DNA of 64,000 bases, from assembly GCA_964016885.1 (NCBI GenBank), contig OZ024740.1:213404001-213468000 (forward strand), given 5' to 3'. The DNA is from Eledone cirrhosa. Taxonomy: Eukaryota. The notes beneath the pieces were generated by a model. It was given only the letters and a program-made list of their open reading frames with translations, did not search any database and was not told the DNA's origin. Shown here one piece after another: positions 1 to 15,220 of the stretch; the first letter of the stretch is position 1; the number at the start of each line of letters is the position of its first letter. Both the position numbers and the translations under genes were made by a program.

Positions 1-382
1 GAGGCAAGCATGCTCCGTTGGATGTGCAGTGTAAATGTGCGTGAACGACCCAGCATAAATGTGTTGAGAGAGAAACTGTGTCTGAGAGGGATAGAATGTA
101 GTGTACGGGAGAGGAGACTGAGGTGGTATGGACATGTGATGCGCATGGAGGATGACCGATGGGTGAAGAAGTGCCAGGAAATGCCAGTTGAAGGAAGACG
201 TGGTAGAGGTAGACCACGAAAAACATGGGCGGAGGTGGTGAGAACAGACCTCAGATCATTGAAGCTCACGGTGGAGATGACGAGGGACCGTGACGAGTGG
301 AGAGATGCTGTGCTGAATAAGACCCGTCCCACCCTTGCAAGCAGGGAAAAGCGGATGTAAAATGATGATGATGATGATGATG
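1..382 (+). mobile_element. RTE-clade LINE 3' end (family A), in the last intron of YME1L1
   Basis: ORF 10-360 has RTE C-terminal motifs LRWYGHVMRM and GRGRPRKTW; ends in a (GAT)n tail; near-identical to the reverse complement of 42561-42925. Confidence 0.92.
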
Positions 383-585
383 AAACACACACATATACCC
401 CCTCCCTCACACCATCCATACACATACACACACTCACATACACACAAGCACACATCCACACAGGCACACATACACACAGGCACACATACACACACTATGT
501 ATAGAAAGGAATGTGAAAATAATTTTGTATATATATATATTTTTTTTTTAATGTTATTGTGTGATTATATATATTTTGTTGCTAG

Positions 586-735
586 GAATCTTATGACCGA
601 GCTCGACATATCATGAAAACTCACAGTACAGAACACAAAGCTATTGCTCAAGCTCTGATGAAGTATGAAACATTAGACTCAGACGATGTCAAAGCAATTG
701 TTGATGGTAAAGTTCCTCAGAAACTGACTTCTTGA
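586..735 (+). CDS. YME1L1: Terminal coding exon of YME1-like mitochondrial i-AAA (FtsH/M41) protease
   Basis: Acceptor tttgttgctag, then ESYDRARHIMKTHSTEHKAIAQALMKYETLDSDDVKAIVDGKVPQKLTS-TGA, matching the YME1L C-terminus (SYxRAxxIL..H..EH..LA.AL..YETL); AATAAA at about 1020. Confidence 0.9.
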   Translation, partial: ESYDRARHIMKTHSTEHKAIAQALMKYETLDSDDVKAIVDGKVPQKLTS

Positions 736-1399
736 CGCAAGTGCTGAACATCTAACATTATCTTAACACTGCTAAAAAAAAAAAAAAAAAGAAAAATTCT
801 TCCAAACAGAAAAGTACTTTTTATAGCAAAACACAAAGAGTTATTAATTTGAATTCAACAATCTTGTTTTCCTCTTTTTTTTTTTACCTCCTAAAATTCT
901 GTCTTGTATGAGACTCTTCTATAGTCTTACCAAAAGAATGATCGAAGACGTATATATATATATAAAACAATGGCTGACCAACCAAGATATAGAAAGTGGT
1001 TTCAGTTTTTAGCTACCACAATAAATGTTTCTCTACAAATTTGATTTCTTAAAAAATACTCAGGAAATTTTGGGAAAACATGTTGTTTTATTAAAATGTT
1101 TCTCTACAGTATTCTTTCTTCGTTGATCTGTATTGATTTATTTTATGCTCTCTCTCTCTTTCCTCTCTCTTTCACTATGTGTATGTATATATATATAATC
1201 ATCATCATTTAACATCTGCTCTCCCTGCTAGCAAGGGTTGGTTGGGTCATCAGGAGACCAGGTTGATACTGAAGCAGAAATACTGGCTTCGTGGATGGGC
1301 CATAAACTTGCATTTTGATTACATGCATTCCTGCACTCAACCACCAAGTGCTTGAACGGGCCGGTAGCCTGCAACTCACTTACATACGGTCCTGCACAT

Positions 1400-1678
1400 T
1401 AGGGAGGTTGTTATGGCATCAGTAATAGGGAGGTTGTCATGTCACCAGTACTAGGGAGGTTGTCATGTCACCAGTACTAGGGAGGTTGTTATGGCACCAG
1501 TACCAGGCAGGTTGTCATGTCACTAGTACTAGGGAGGTTGTCATGTCACCAGTACTAGGGAGGTTGTTATGGCACCAGTACTAGCGAGGTTGTCATGTCA
1601 CTAGTACTAGGGAGGTTGTCATGGCACCTGTACGAGGGAGGTTGTTATGGCACCAGCACTAGGGAGGTTATCATGTCT
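1400..1678. repeat. 26-bp minisatellite, about 11 copies (AGGGAGGTTGTCATGTCACCAGTACT)
   Basis: Tandem units read directly; lies within a degraded RTE-related 3' sequence (about 1200-1860). Confidence 0.9.
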
Positions 1679-1873
1679 TTGATACAGCTGAAATTTTCTC
1701 TTAGTCCTTTATTTGGCAAAGTTTACAAGATTGGATGCCCTTCCTATGTACACTTTACAGAGTACACTGGGTTTGTTTCTTGTGTAAATCACCAACTTTA
1801 GGGAGGTTAGCTGAAAGTCCTTCTGACCCATTTTTGGCAGCTTTTCTATGGCTGGATTCTCTTTCTATCACCA

Positions 1874-1917
<44 letters not shown>

Positions 1918-2514
1918 ACATATATATACATATATGTGTGTGTGTATATATATATATATATGCACACATGAGGCTGAATGGTTAAAAAGTTTACTTCACA
2001 AGCATTGTCTTATATTTATTCCCACTACATGGCTTCTTGGGTGTGTATCTTTTACAAAGGACTGAGGTGATAAAGTTAACACGCACATGTCGTCAGTGTA
2101 TAACGATGATACATTCTTATTTTTTCTATTTCCTACTTCCATTTTCCATACTTAATCCTGGTTTCTATCTGCTTTAAATACTCTTGTATTTAAAGAGGTC
2201 TCTGTTGATAAGAGTCAGCAGAGTTGGAAAAAATCTGAAAGAATTAATAAGTGGAAGGAGGGGATTCTTTAAAAGTTGGGAGTACACCCAAACTTTTATA
2301 TGGACTCTAAATCAATATTTCTATTAGTAATTTATAAATTTCAAATGTAGGGGATTAAAATAAATCACAGTATTATTACCAACTAATTTTATTCCCTCTC
2401 TCTTAAAATATTCTTTAGAAATTATTCCTGAAAAAATATTTGATTATGCAATGGTCATGTCAGCTTTAACATATAATTCAAGTTGAATATTACTTTCTTG
2501 TACATGTGGCAGCA

Positions 2515-2942
2515 TTGACCTGGGGTGGGTTGACCTGGCGTTTACCCAGGCTGGGTTGAGCTGGGGTGGGTTGAGCCGGTGTTCACCTGGGGTGGGTTGA
2601 GCCGTTGTTCACCTGGGTTGGGTTGAGCCGCTGTTCACCTGGGTTGGGTTGAGCCGGTGTTCACCTGGGGTGGGTTGAGCCGCTGTTCACCTGGGTTGGG
2701 TTGAGCCGCTGTTCACCTGGGGTGGGTTGAGCCGCTGTTCACCTGGGGTGGGTTGAGCCGGTGTTCACCTGGGCTGGGTTGAGCCAGTGTTCACCTGGGT
2801 TGGGTTGAGCCGGTGTTCACCTGGGGTGGGTTGAGCCGGTGTTCACCTGGGGTGGGTTGAGCCGGTGTTCACCTGGGGTGGGTTGAGCCGGTGTTCACCT
2901 GGGGTGGGTTGAGCCGGTGTTCACCTGGGTTGGGTTGAGTTG
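2515..2942. repeat. 26-bp GC-rich minisatellite, about 16 copies (GGGGTGGGTTGAGCCGGTGTTCACCT)
   Basis: Tandem units read directly. Confidence 0.92.
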
Positions 2943-3568
2943 GCTTCATCGAAAGAATTCACGGTGTAAGTTCATTTCAATGACGTTTCTTCGGTTGGTT
3001 TTACAAGTATATACACTTTAGGATAGTGCAATCCAAGCACTGCATCGGTTACAGCGCCGAGCTCTCGGCACCCAACCCAATTTGGTGGAGTCAGTGCCAT
3101 GATGGGGATGCATGGCAGGGAATTGGGCCGGGAAAGGGGATAAACACAAACTATTTGAGCCATTTTGTAAGTCAGTAGAATCTCACCCTACTACCCAGCT
3201 CAGCATACCGACACTCGGCACCAAGTTGAATATTAGAATAATTTGAAATAAAAAGAAATTCCCAGTATTAATAGGGACACACCTAACTGCCTTATTCTAT
3301 TTATTTACATTAGCATTACCAATATTTTATTTACTTTTAGAGGTTACTACTTATACAGGACTGTAATGTTATGAAAGGTTTTAAGGTAGAAGTTTAAAAC
3401 TGTATTGATGAACATAACAGATTTTGCTGGTTCTGTTAACTTATCCATCTCACTCTCTCTTTATATATATTAGTATGTGTGTGTATATATAGATAGTTAG
3501 ATATAGATATGTATGTATATATATATGTGTACTTACATACATACATAATCTTCACATTTATTATTACA

Positions 3569-3652
<84 letters not shown>

Positions 3653-4325
3653 CATACAAACACACTTCAAGTTTTCTTTTGAAAATACAATAGCAAATCA
3701 AATGAGATATTACCATATTTTTTTTAAATCTAAAATTCTAAATATTTAAACAGTGAAATAAGTTTATATCATGTCATATTTCATCATGACATTATTATGA
3801 GCTAAACAATTATCTTTTACATTTATTAATGTGTATTTGTGGGGTGCTCCAGCATGACCAGACTCACTATTGTTCAAACTGAATAAAGAAATATATATCC
3901 ATTCTTTCAATTAAAAGTGTTCAACAAAATATTTCGACTGCTCCAAAACGTTTTTTTTTCTTCTTTTCTGTAGCTATGAACTAACAACAATATCGGTAGA
4001 CATCCATTGCTCTTGTTTTGTTTTCATAATTTTATCATATAACATTCTCTTTAATTATTTGAAATGATTCATAATAGAATGTTTTAGTTTATTTTCAGAA
4101 ATTATCCTTCTCTCCCGTTGCTTTGTGCTGAGATATAATTACTTGCTTAATAGAATAATTAACAAAATTCTGCCTATATATATATATATATATGTGTGTG
4201 TGTAGTATGGTTGCTTGGATGCATCCATAGGCGGTATGCCAGTTGAGCACTCTATGCTCCTTCGGAGTAGAGTATAATAATATGGAAAACGAAGAATCAG
4301 TGATGCATTGAAACACAATTTATTA

Positions 4326-4416
4326 ACGTATTACAATTGTTTCTCTGGTGAACAGCTCGAGGTGTGATGTTTGTGGATCGAACCTGACTCTGGATTTGCA
4401 AGTTCCTCAGATACGT
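4326..4416 (-). ncRNA. Type I hammerhead ribozyme motif (HHR1)
   Basis: Minus strand: ACGTAT-CTGAGGA-[long stem II]-GAAAC-AATT-GTA-ATACGT; stem I ACGTAT/ATACGT; minimal stem III with palindromic loop. Confidence 0.8.
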
Positions 4417-5079
4417 CAAGTGATTTCGAAGCAAATCCTCTTTCTGTTGGACTCCGACCCTTCGAATTTCTATCATCTGCCATCATCTTAAATATATATG
4501 CTCCATATACTTAAAACATATATAAAAAATGTTTTTCCGTATTCCCTTACATATATATTTTTTTATGTAGTGTGTGTGTTTTCTCTGCGTATTCCTTTAT
4601 GTAACGTTTTATGTATTTTTTCATGTACAACCTCGCGTGTATTTTTTATATATGTTTTAAGTATATCCTTTGCATTGTTCCTATGAGCTTCCCGTATGTA
4701 ATTTTGTTTATAAGGTGTCTTTATGTGGATTATTTCACGTTAACACCCTAATGCCAACTTACTCAACATGTGCATCAAAGTGTGTCTGCATATATGTATA
4801 TACCGCTATGTGAGATGCTGCGTGCATTCTTTGACGTATTCCCTATATGCACTTTTTTGTATTTTTTATGTATTTCTTTGTGTATTCTTCCTGATGTACA
4901 GCATCATATGCATGTTTCTATGCACTTTCCAAGTAGTTTTGTACAGTTTCTTTTCATATGTGTGCATACGTGGGTGTGTGTGTATTATATATATATTTTT
5001 ATATGTATATATATATGTGTATGTGAGTAGGCCTGACTGACTTCATATGTACGCGCAGGTGTATATATGGGTGTACAGA

Positions 5080-5126
<47 letters not shown>

Positions 5127-5539
5127 GTATGTATGGATAGATATATGTATATCTGTGGGTGTGTTTATGTGTGCGTATATCTGTCTGCATGTACCTATAT
5201 ATGAGGGATGAATATGTATGTCCGCACAGATAAGTGTGCGATCAGGAACTTGGAATGTCTGTATATGTGTGAGCACACGGGTGTGTGGGTGTATATGTGA
5301 CGGGCAAGGCAGTTCATAACCCCTCGCCCACCTAGCAGTAATTCTGGCGACAGAATCAAGGTGGGTGACAGCTCACACCTGAATGGAAATTGTCAGTGGG
5401 CAGATTTGAATGGTCAAACAAAGATGACCTCTTGAACTCTTTACCAATCGACGGGCCGCGCAAACAGGATGATGGCAGATGATAGAAATTCGAAGGGTCG
5501 GAGTCCAACAGAAAGTGGATTTGCTTCGAAATCACTAGT

Positions 5540-5628
5540 CGTATCTAAGGAACTTGTGAATTCAGAGTCAGGTTCGATCCACAAACATCGCACCTTGAGC
5601 TGTTCGCCGGAGAAACAATTGTAATACG
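5540..5628 (+). ncRNA. Type I hammerhead motif with mutated core (HHR2)
   Basis: CGTAT-CTAAGGA-[stem II]-GAAAC-AATT-GTA-ATACG; sister copy of HHR1 with G5>A. Confidence 0.7.
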
Positions 5629-5668
5629 TAATAAATTGTGTTCCGATGCATCACTGCTTCTTCGTTTT

Positions 5669-5705
<37 letters not shown>

Positions 5706-8638
5706 TCAATGCCTCAACAAAACGAAATTTGTTCTCAAAAATGGTCTCGGCCTGACTAAATATTTTCGACTTTTCAAATTAACACGTACCTCATTTAACA
5801 CGAGTTATCTAACTTTTTTACTTGTTAGAGTTAGCTCCCTTTCATTATCACTTTTATAAAATTTAATTTATCTAATCAAAGGGTAATTTCAGGATTACCT
5901 CTCCTTTATCAAGAAACTCCCCAGTAGTACTTTATCAAAATATGGCAGGCTGAATGAGTTGGGGTAGCAACCCAATGAAATTGAAGTACCTGCATATATC
6001 ACTTGTAACTGTATATTATACCATGTTTCTACTAGAATATATCAACATCATCGATTAACGGCTATCTTCCACGCTAGCATGGGTTAAATGGGTTTGGGTC
6101 AGGTGACTATCTCGCTCATATAGGGGTGTTACTGGCTAACGTCAACCATATTTACAGTGTGTGCTGGGTGCTTTTTGCCATGTCTTTTACACGTCCACTT
6201 TACATTGTGAGTTGGGTGCTTTTTGTTGTGACACCTACACGATCACTTTACAGTGTGGGCTGGATGTTTTGTGGTACCAGCATAATATATATATACATTT
6301 TGATTTCTTATCTAAAAACGTGTGTTGAAACAGATATTGTTGCACTTTGGGAGGGTCATGCTGCCAATAAAAACTCATGCACCTGTTGGTTTTCGCTTCA
6401 ATATATTATAGACTCCCAGCTGATTAGTTTAATAACTGGATGGTTGTATAGTTCTTGATTGTCAAAGCTCTTTCATCACACATTATGTGACCTCCTCATG
6501 GACTACTTTTGTGTCTCTCCTTTATTGTCCTACACCATCTTGTGACAAGCAGTATGTATGGACCTGTACCTCCCGGTAGAGTTGTATGAGTGCTGTAGTG
6601 ACAAACAATATGTCTTGGGCATTTTTAACCTGACAGAACCCATCCACTCCTCTCCATGTCAGAGATCAGGAAATTTCTTTTAGAGGAAGAATTGACCCCA
6701 GTACTGTACTGGTACTTTTTTTTAAGATGAAAGGCAAAGTTGACCTCGTCAGGATTTGAACTCAAGGTACAAAGAGCCAGATCGAATATTGCAAAGCATT
6801 CTATCTGATGTTCTCATGACTGCTGATTTGCTGCCCTGCAAATATTTAAGTATATATTTGAATATATATATATATATATATACTCAAATATAAGCAACCG
6901 TCATATTTTATGTATGAGAAATGGGCAAAAATCCAAACCCTGTTTATAAGCCAAGACAGCAGCTAATAAACACATCGTTTAGATGATGTATATAAGCCTC
7001 CATCCCCATTTTACCATTAATTTATTTTTTTGGTCACATATTCCTCAGCTTATATTTGAGTATATACGATACATACAAATACACACACATACCGTATATA
7101 TATGAATATAAACAACCTCATTTTACCATCGATTTATTTTGGTAATAAATTCCTCAGCTTATATTTGTGTCTATATATGGTACTTACAAACACACATGGT
7201 GGCTGCCAACTCGTTTTCGAGTACGGCCACTACTTTATATCCATGTAGGAGAACCCCTGCTGATGCGCTGAACGAGTGTGACTTTTTAGTCCAGCCAGTG
7301 ACTTGAAAACTCTGGTACAAACACTACACTTTGACAATTACTGACACATAGTGCTGGGCCCATTGTACCCTGTGATGACAAGTGCAGAGAGATCTCCAGA
7401 TATAAAGCAATGCCTGTGCCATGAAGCTTTTATAGTGAGCAAAGGCACTGCACAAAGCCAGTCCTACTCTCTTAACCAAGATGATATTTACCAAAAAGAA
7501 GAACAAGTCAACATCATTGGATACCATCAGGGTTGCAGGTGTTATATCAGAGTTTTCCTTCTCCTAGAATTCTGCCTTGACAAAGGCTAAGGGGTCATCT
7601 CTCCTGGTGATTTTGGATGGCCATTGACTCTTAAGAGCTCCTTTGCCCTTTGATAGGTTTTATTTTTAGTCCTGCAGCATGTACAAAGTCACCCTCCTCA
7701 CCAAGAAACCTTGGTGGGGTTGCCAGTTTAGTCACCAACGACCCGACCATGGGACACATGTTACCAGTAGCACCAACATACATACATACAGTATATACTT
7801 GGCTTATATTCGAGTATATACATTATATATGAAGTTCACAGTTGCTGCTCATTAAGTAAGAAAGTATTACATAGAAGTTAAGTTGAACATAAGGATTAAC
7901 ATATTTATTTCAGAAATAGAACTGACAGAGAAATGTTTGGTGCACTTGATAGAGTTGCAAGGAATTGGTGCATTGATTGCAATAAATATCTTCTTACAAC
8001 AGCACACTATTGATAGCAATAGCAATTAGAAGATATAGAAAACTTTAGAGCACAACTGTAGCTTCAGTGAAGAGATCAGCAAAGAGGTTAATTTACAGTG
8101 AAGAAGAAATTTGACTTTTCTTTCTAGAGAATATTAAGTTATTTTGCTATGGTGAGCAGAGATAGATAAATATATAGAGAGCGAAATAGAGTGAGACTGG
8201 GCAAGAGGTACATTGAAGAAACAATATAACCATTTTAAAAAAATGACAATCTAAACTCTCATGTGCAGCTATATTGCAAATGTGCATAAACAATGTAACT
8301 ATTAGTTGCTAATTATATATATATATATATACATACATCGTATACAAAAGTCACAAAATTTATTTCAGCAACTTCCAGCCATATATATATATATATATAT
8401 ATCACAAAGCACTCAATGAATGGATGCACAAGTTAGTTGTAAAAACAAATATAACATTTTGTCTTGACTAAATACAAAGTCAGTTTTTCTGGGAAGTGAT
8501 GTAGAGAATTGTCTCAACCCCAGTATATTACTGGGTTTATTTCATTGAAATGTGTGAGAATTTAAACTCAGAACATCGTTGTACAAAACTGAATATTATA
8601 AGGTATTTAGCTAGGTGTTGTAACACTATTAATATATA

Positions 8639-8846
8639 CTGTGTATACTCGAATATAAGCTGATCTGAATATAGGCCGACCACCTTTATTTTATGCCTGA
8701 GAAATGGGCAAAAATCCAAGCGCCGCTTATAAGCCAAAGCAGCTAATCAATACATTGTTTAAATGGTGTATATAATACGCACCACCATTTTACCATTGAT
8801 TATTTTAGTCACATATTCTTCGGCTTATATTCAAGTATATACAGTA
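8639..8846. mobile_element. Tc1/mariner-pogo-type MITE (related copies near 6880-7070, 47650-48155, 52605-52790, 55575-55788, 60950-61160)
   Basis: TIRs ta-CTGTGTATACTCGAATATAAGC ... GCTTATATTCAAGTATATACAG-ta with TA flanks; shared internal sequence among copies. Confidence 0.7.
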
Positions 8847-9288
8847 AATTCTTTTGATAAGGAATAAAGCTAGTTTTTGTTGTGGATGTTACTGAACCTG
8901 AAGTAATAAAAGACAAGATATTTTCAATTGAATCTGACTCTCAAAACCTTGAAAAATCTATTTTACAAAAACTGTAAAGGATCTAGCATGGTTCTTATAT
9001 TATCTTCAGGGAATCCTTCATCTTAATATAGTTAATAGGGGACAAAGGTGGCAATAGCCCAAGGTCCCCTGCAGTGGAGGGGGGGGGAGGGGGGGCTCAC
9101 CAGCGACAGCCGTAGCAATTTATTTGTGCCCTCAGTTGGGCTTGTTAGTTTTAGGATGGTTAACATTTTTTTGAATTTAACACCTGTATGTTTAACTTTT
9201 CAATTCCAATTACTTATGCCAAGCTGACTTTGATATGTAAAATTGGGGGTTTGCTGTGTATTCTAATTTTTTTCTTTATGACATACAT

Positions 9289-9343
<55 letters not shown>

Positions 9344-10457
9344 TATATATAATGCATTGGTGTGTATGTGTGTATTTATGAAGTGATCACAGTTTAGAGA
9401 TTGGAAAGACCACAGATCAAGGTAGTACTCAATGCATATTAAACTGCAGAGTAGGTATAAATGTAAAGTATAGTACCATATTTACTCTATATATACATGC
9501 GTGTGTAATCCCTAAAGCAGTCTAGTCTTGCAATACTAGTTACAAATTATATTAGTTTAGTCTCTTGGACTACATCAGCAATGCTGTATTGACAATATTT
9601 GGTTGTGAAGGTTTATGCCTTCATGTCAAACACTTTCTGTGTAACAAATATTTCTATTTAATATTAATTAGATTTGTAGATAAAAATAGATGAAAAAAAT
9701 TATCTAAGCCCAGGGTCAGCTGAAAAGTTTGTAGGCTGACAAAGATACTCTCATGGAATGACCAAATGAGGTTTATTTTTCAACATAGTCCTTGGAAAGA
9801 AACAATGCAGTTATTCTCCTAAATCAGTTCCCTTATTGATATTTGACTAATTGATTGCAAGAGGGACACATCAGTTTAGATCGTATGCCAAAAGACATTT
9901 AATAATGACACTCAAGTTATACAATTCTGATACCCTGAAATATTAATAAATAACAATCAGGTTACAAATTATTGTGATCAACATGAAACGTTGATCACAG
10001 TAATTTATGTTAGTATATAATGTTATATATCATCCTAAATCATAACTGGTATCATTAAATACAGAGAAAAGAAAAAAATGTCCGAGATTTTAAACAAAAT
10101 TATTATGTAAGATTAAATTATAGAAATGGTTTCCAACCATTCTTTTAATGATAGCACTTCCAAGTAAGATGCCTTTAGCTGTGGCACTGTTATGTTTGAA
10201 ATATTTGTCACAAATTTTACAAGAAAATTATACATTAGTTTTATAAATGTGACGGCCTTGGATCACTGATAAATACTGTTAGTAACATCACTGATTTGAA
10301 TGGGAATCACATTTTAAGTTAGGTTAAAATGTGATTCCCGTTAGTTACCATTCCTGGCCAAAACCAGCTCTGGTTCTTTGAAATAAAGTCACCCATTTTA
10401 AAGGTTTCCAATTTAAATTATTAAATCTTCTACCATAATTTTATATAAGAACCTTAC

Positions 10458-10801
10458 ATTAAGTTACTATCTTAGTTAGGAAGTGATAAATAATTTTAGT
10501 AAATCCCTCAAAATTCTTCATTAATTAATTAAAATAGAGTGTATTTTATTAGAAATGTGGTCATGAAAGGGTTAAGTTACTATCTTAGTAATAAAATATT
10601 TAATAATTTTAGTAAATCCTTCAAAATTCTACATTAATTTATTAAAATAAGGTGTACTTTATTAGAAATGGGGTCATGAAAGGGTTAAGTTACTATCTTA
10701 GTAATAAAATATTTAATAATTTTAGTAAATCCTTCAAAATTCTACATTAATTTATTAAAATAAGGTGTATTTCATTATAAATGTGGTCATGAAAGGGTTA
10801 A
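10458..10801. repeat. Three ~113-bp tandem units ending GAAAGGGTTAA (duplicated MITE end)
   Basis: Unit TTAAGTTACTATCTTAG...GGTCATGAAAGGG repeated three times. Confidence 0.75.
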
Positions 10802-11044
10802 GCAGCTAAATTCATATATGAACAACAGTTGGAACCTTCAAGTAAGTTGCAATGTTAATAGTAAGAATTCAGGTGAAATAGTAATATAATTTGAAAGAAA
10901 ATAATTGGATTAGAAAATAATTCACCAATATTTTCATAACCATTCACAGCAAATAATAGTTTTAGTCAGTTCATATATGAAAATAAATTTCTTTGAAGTA
11001 ATTATATATAGATAAGTATGTGTGGTGTGTGTGGTCACAAAGGC

Positions 11045-12993
<1,949 letters not shown>

Positions 12994-13062
12994 AGTTAAG
13001 GACTCAGGGTAGTCTCTTACAATTAAATAACTCTAAGAAAAAAGCTTTTCCGACCCGTACAA

Positions 13063-13410
13063 TATAATTAAATAAACAAGAGAGATAAACACTAATATAA
13101 ACATACATGTGTTCGAATCGTAAGGACCAAATTTGCTGGGGTGAAAAAATACTAACTACAGCAATATAGTTTGTTATCCTTAACTTTAAATATTAAATTA
13201 ACTTAATTTAAGAAAAATAACAGACCTATATTGGGCAAAAATGCCTGAGGCATTTTTGCCCAATATAGGTCTTTTAATTTTCTTAATTTAATATTTAAAA
13301 TTAAGGATAACAAACTATATTGCTGTAGTTAGTATTTTTTTCCCCAGCAAATTTGGTCCTTACGATTCGAACACATGTATGTTTATATTAGTGTTCATCT
13401 CTCTTGTTTA

Positions 13411-13420
<10 letters not shown>
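13063..13420. repeat. Long imperfect palindrome (~175-bp arms, 3-nt loop at 13246-13248)
   Basis: Right arm is the reverse complement of the left with a few substitutions and a ~10-bp indel. Confidence 0.92.
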
Positions 13421-13463
<43 letters not shown>

Positions 13464-13539
13464 CAAAGGAAATGTGGTAAGGAACCAGGTGGACCATAAC
13501 GCACCAAAGTACTCAATACTTGAGGTAGTAGAGTGGGTA

Positions 13540-13645
13540 ATAGGAACTAGTAAGACCCCGACAGCTGAGCTCAAGCCGTTTCGACGGCTAATTCTGAATT
13601 AGCCGTCGAAACGGCTTGAGCTCAGCTGTCGGGGTCTTACTAGTT

Positions 13646-13650
<5 letters not shown>
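13540..13650. repeat. Perfect palindrome, 55-bp arms, 1-nt spacer
   Basis: ATAGGAACTAG...GGCTAATTC-T-GAATTAGCC...CTAGTTCCTAT. Confidence 0.95.
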
Positions 13651-13689
<39 letters not shown>

Positions 13690-13823
13690 AACAATATATA
13701 TATATATATAAACCATATATATATATATATAAATAATATATATATATATATATATATATTTATAAATAATATATATATATATATATATATATTTATAAAT
13801 AATATATATATATATTTATAAAT

Positions 13824-13869
<46 letters not shown>

Positions 13870-14071
13870 ACCAGAAGGATAGAAAAACTATACAAACACT
13901 TAAAAACAAGTGTTTTAACCATCATAACCATTACAGAAATAGAAATATATAGTTTTTCTAAAGTATGACAAACACGTCTTTTCTCAACAGTTGTTTATTG
14001 GTGTTGTTGTTTAGCCTCAGTTCTGACAGAACAGACCTATTCTCAAAACCACAATAATATTATCGTTTTTG

Positions 14072-14406
14072 TACTCTTGGGTCCCAAATAATAAGGGGTG
14101 TCTAATAAGTGGGGGTAGACTGGAAAATCGGTAATTTTTCTAGATTGTCTCTGGATTTGTTTTTAAAAACCAGAATTTGTTGTTTAGTTTACACATTGAG
14201 ACCCAACCCATCCTATATATTTTATAACGTAGGATTTCTTGTAATGTACTTTTTTGCCATGTATAATGTTATTTAATGTTTAAAGAAAATAAATTGTCAT
14301 AGGAAGGCTACCACTTAAAATAAAATTTCACTAGATTAGCAAATTTTGATAAGTGTGGGAGGTGGCAAAAATCTGAAAATTAGTAAGTTGGGGAGATCCA
14401 AGAGTA
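14072..14406. mobile_element. MITE with TA-CTCTTGG termini (related copies near 30495-30841, 52800-53065, 57757-58087)
   Basis: tactcttgggtccc ... gatccaagagta termini; shared interior (TTTACATATTGAGACCCCAACCCATCC). Confidence 0.65.
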
Positions 14407-14765
14407 CATCTATCACTACATTATTTATTTGCTATTACATATAAATACACAAAATATTTTCTCTTGAATTTCGTAAAGCAAAGAAATTAATTTTCCAGGA
14501 TTTTAAACAGGATAAAGAAAATGAGATACCAAAAATAATAATGATAATGATAATAATAAATACAGACATTAATTTACACAGAAACAGAGAAAATAAATTT
14601 AAGGCAAATCAACTTATCTTTAAAATTGAAAATTTTGAAAATATGTTTGACCTTTTTGTGTAGGAATTGGTTGAAGGCATTATAGGAAATAAATAAAATG
14701 ATTTGAAAAATAATTTTAAAATTTGAAGACAAAATAATGAAGTCTAAGTATCTACTATATATACA

Positions 14766-14824
<59 letters not shown>

Positions 14825-14854
14825 GTGTGTATATATATATATATATATACACAC

Positions 14855-14903
<49 letters not shown>

Positions 14904-15075
14904 TGTATATATATATATATATATACACACTCACATATATGAATATTTTATATATATACATATATATATACACACATATATATATTTATATATATACACA
15001 CACAAACGCACATATATATATACATACATATATATACACACAAACGCACATATATATATACACACAAACGCACAT

Positions 15076-15137
<62 letters not shown>

Positions 15138-15220
15138 CACATTATATATATACATACACATATATATATACATATGGAGTCTAAGTATCTACAAACTATA
15201 TATTTTTTTTTGTCACAGCG

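Larger units (their letters stand above)
4205..5674. mobile_element. Penelope-like element relic with inverted ~207-bp terminal arms (4280-4487 and 5468-5674) in a (TA)n context
   Basis: The two arms are reverse complements with scattered mismatches; each carries a hammerhead motif; both outer ends run into (TA)n. Confidence 0.7.

Noticed and set aside
655-676. CTGATGA...GAAAC hammerhead-like string in the YME1L1 exon
   Set aside because: No stem I, II or III pairing; explained by the codons for LMKYET
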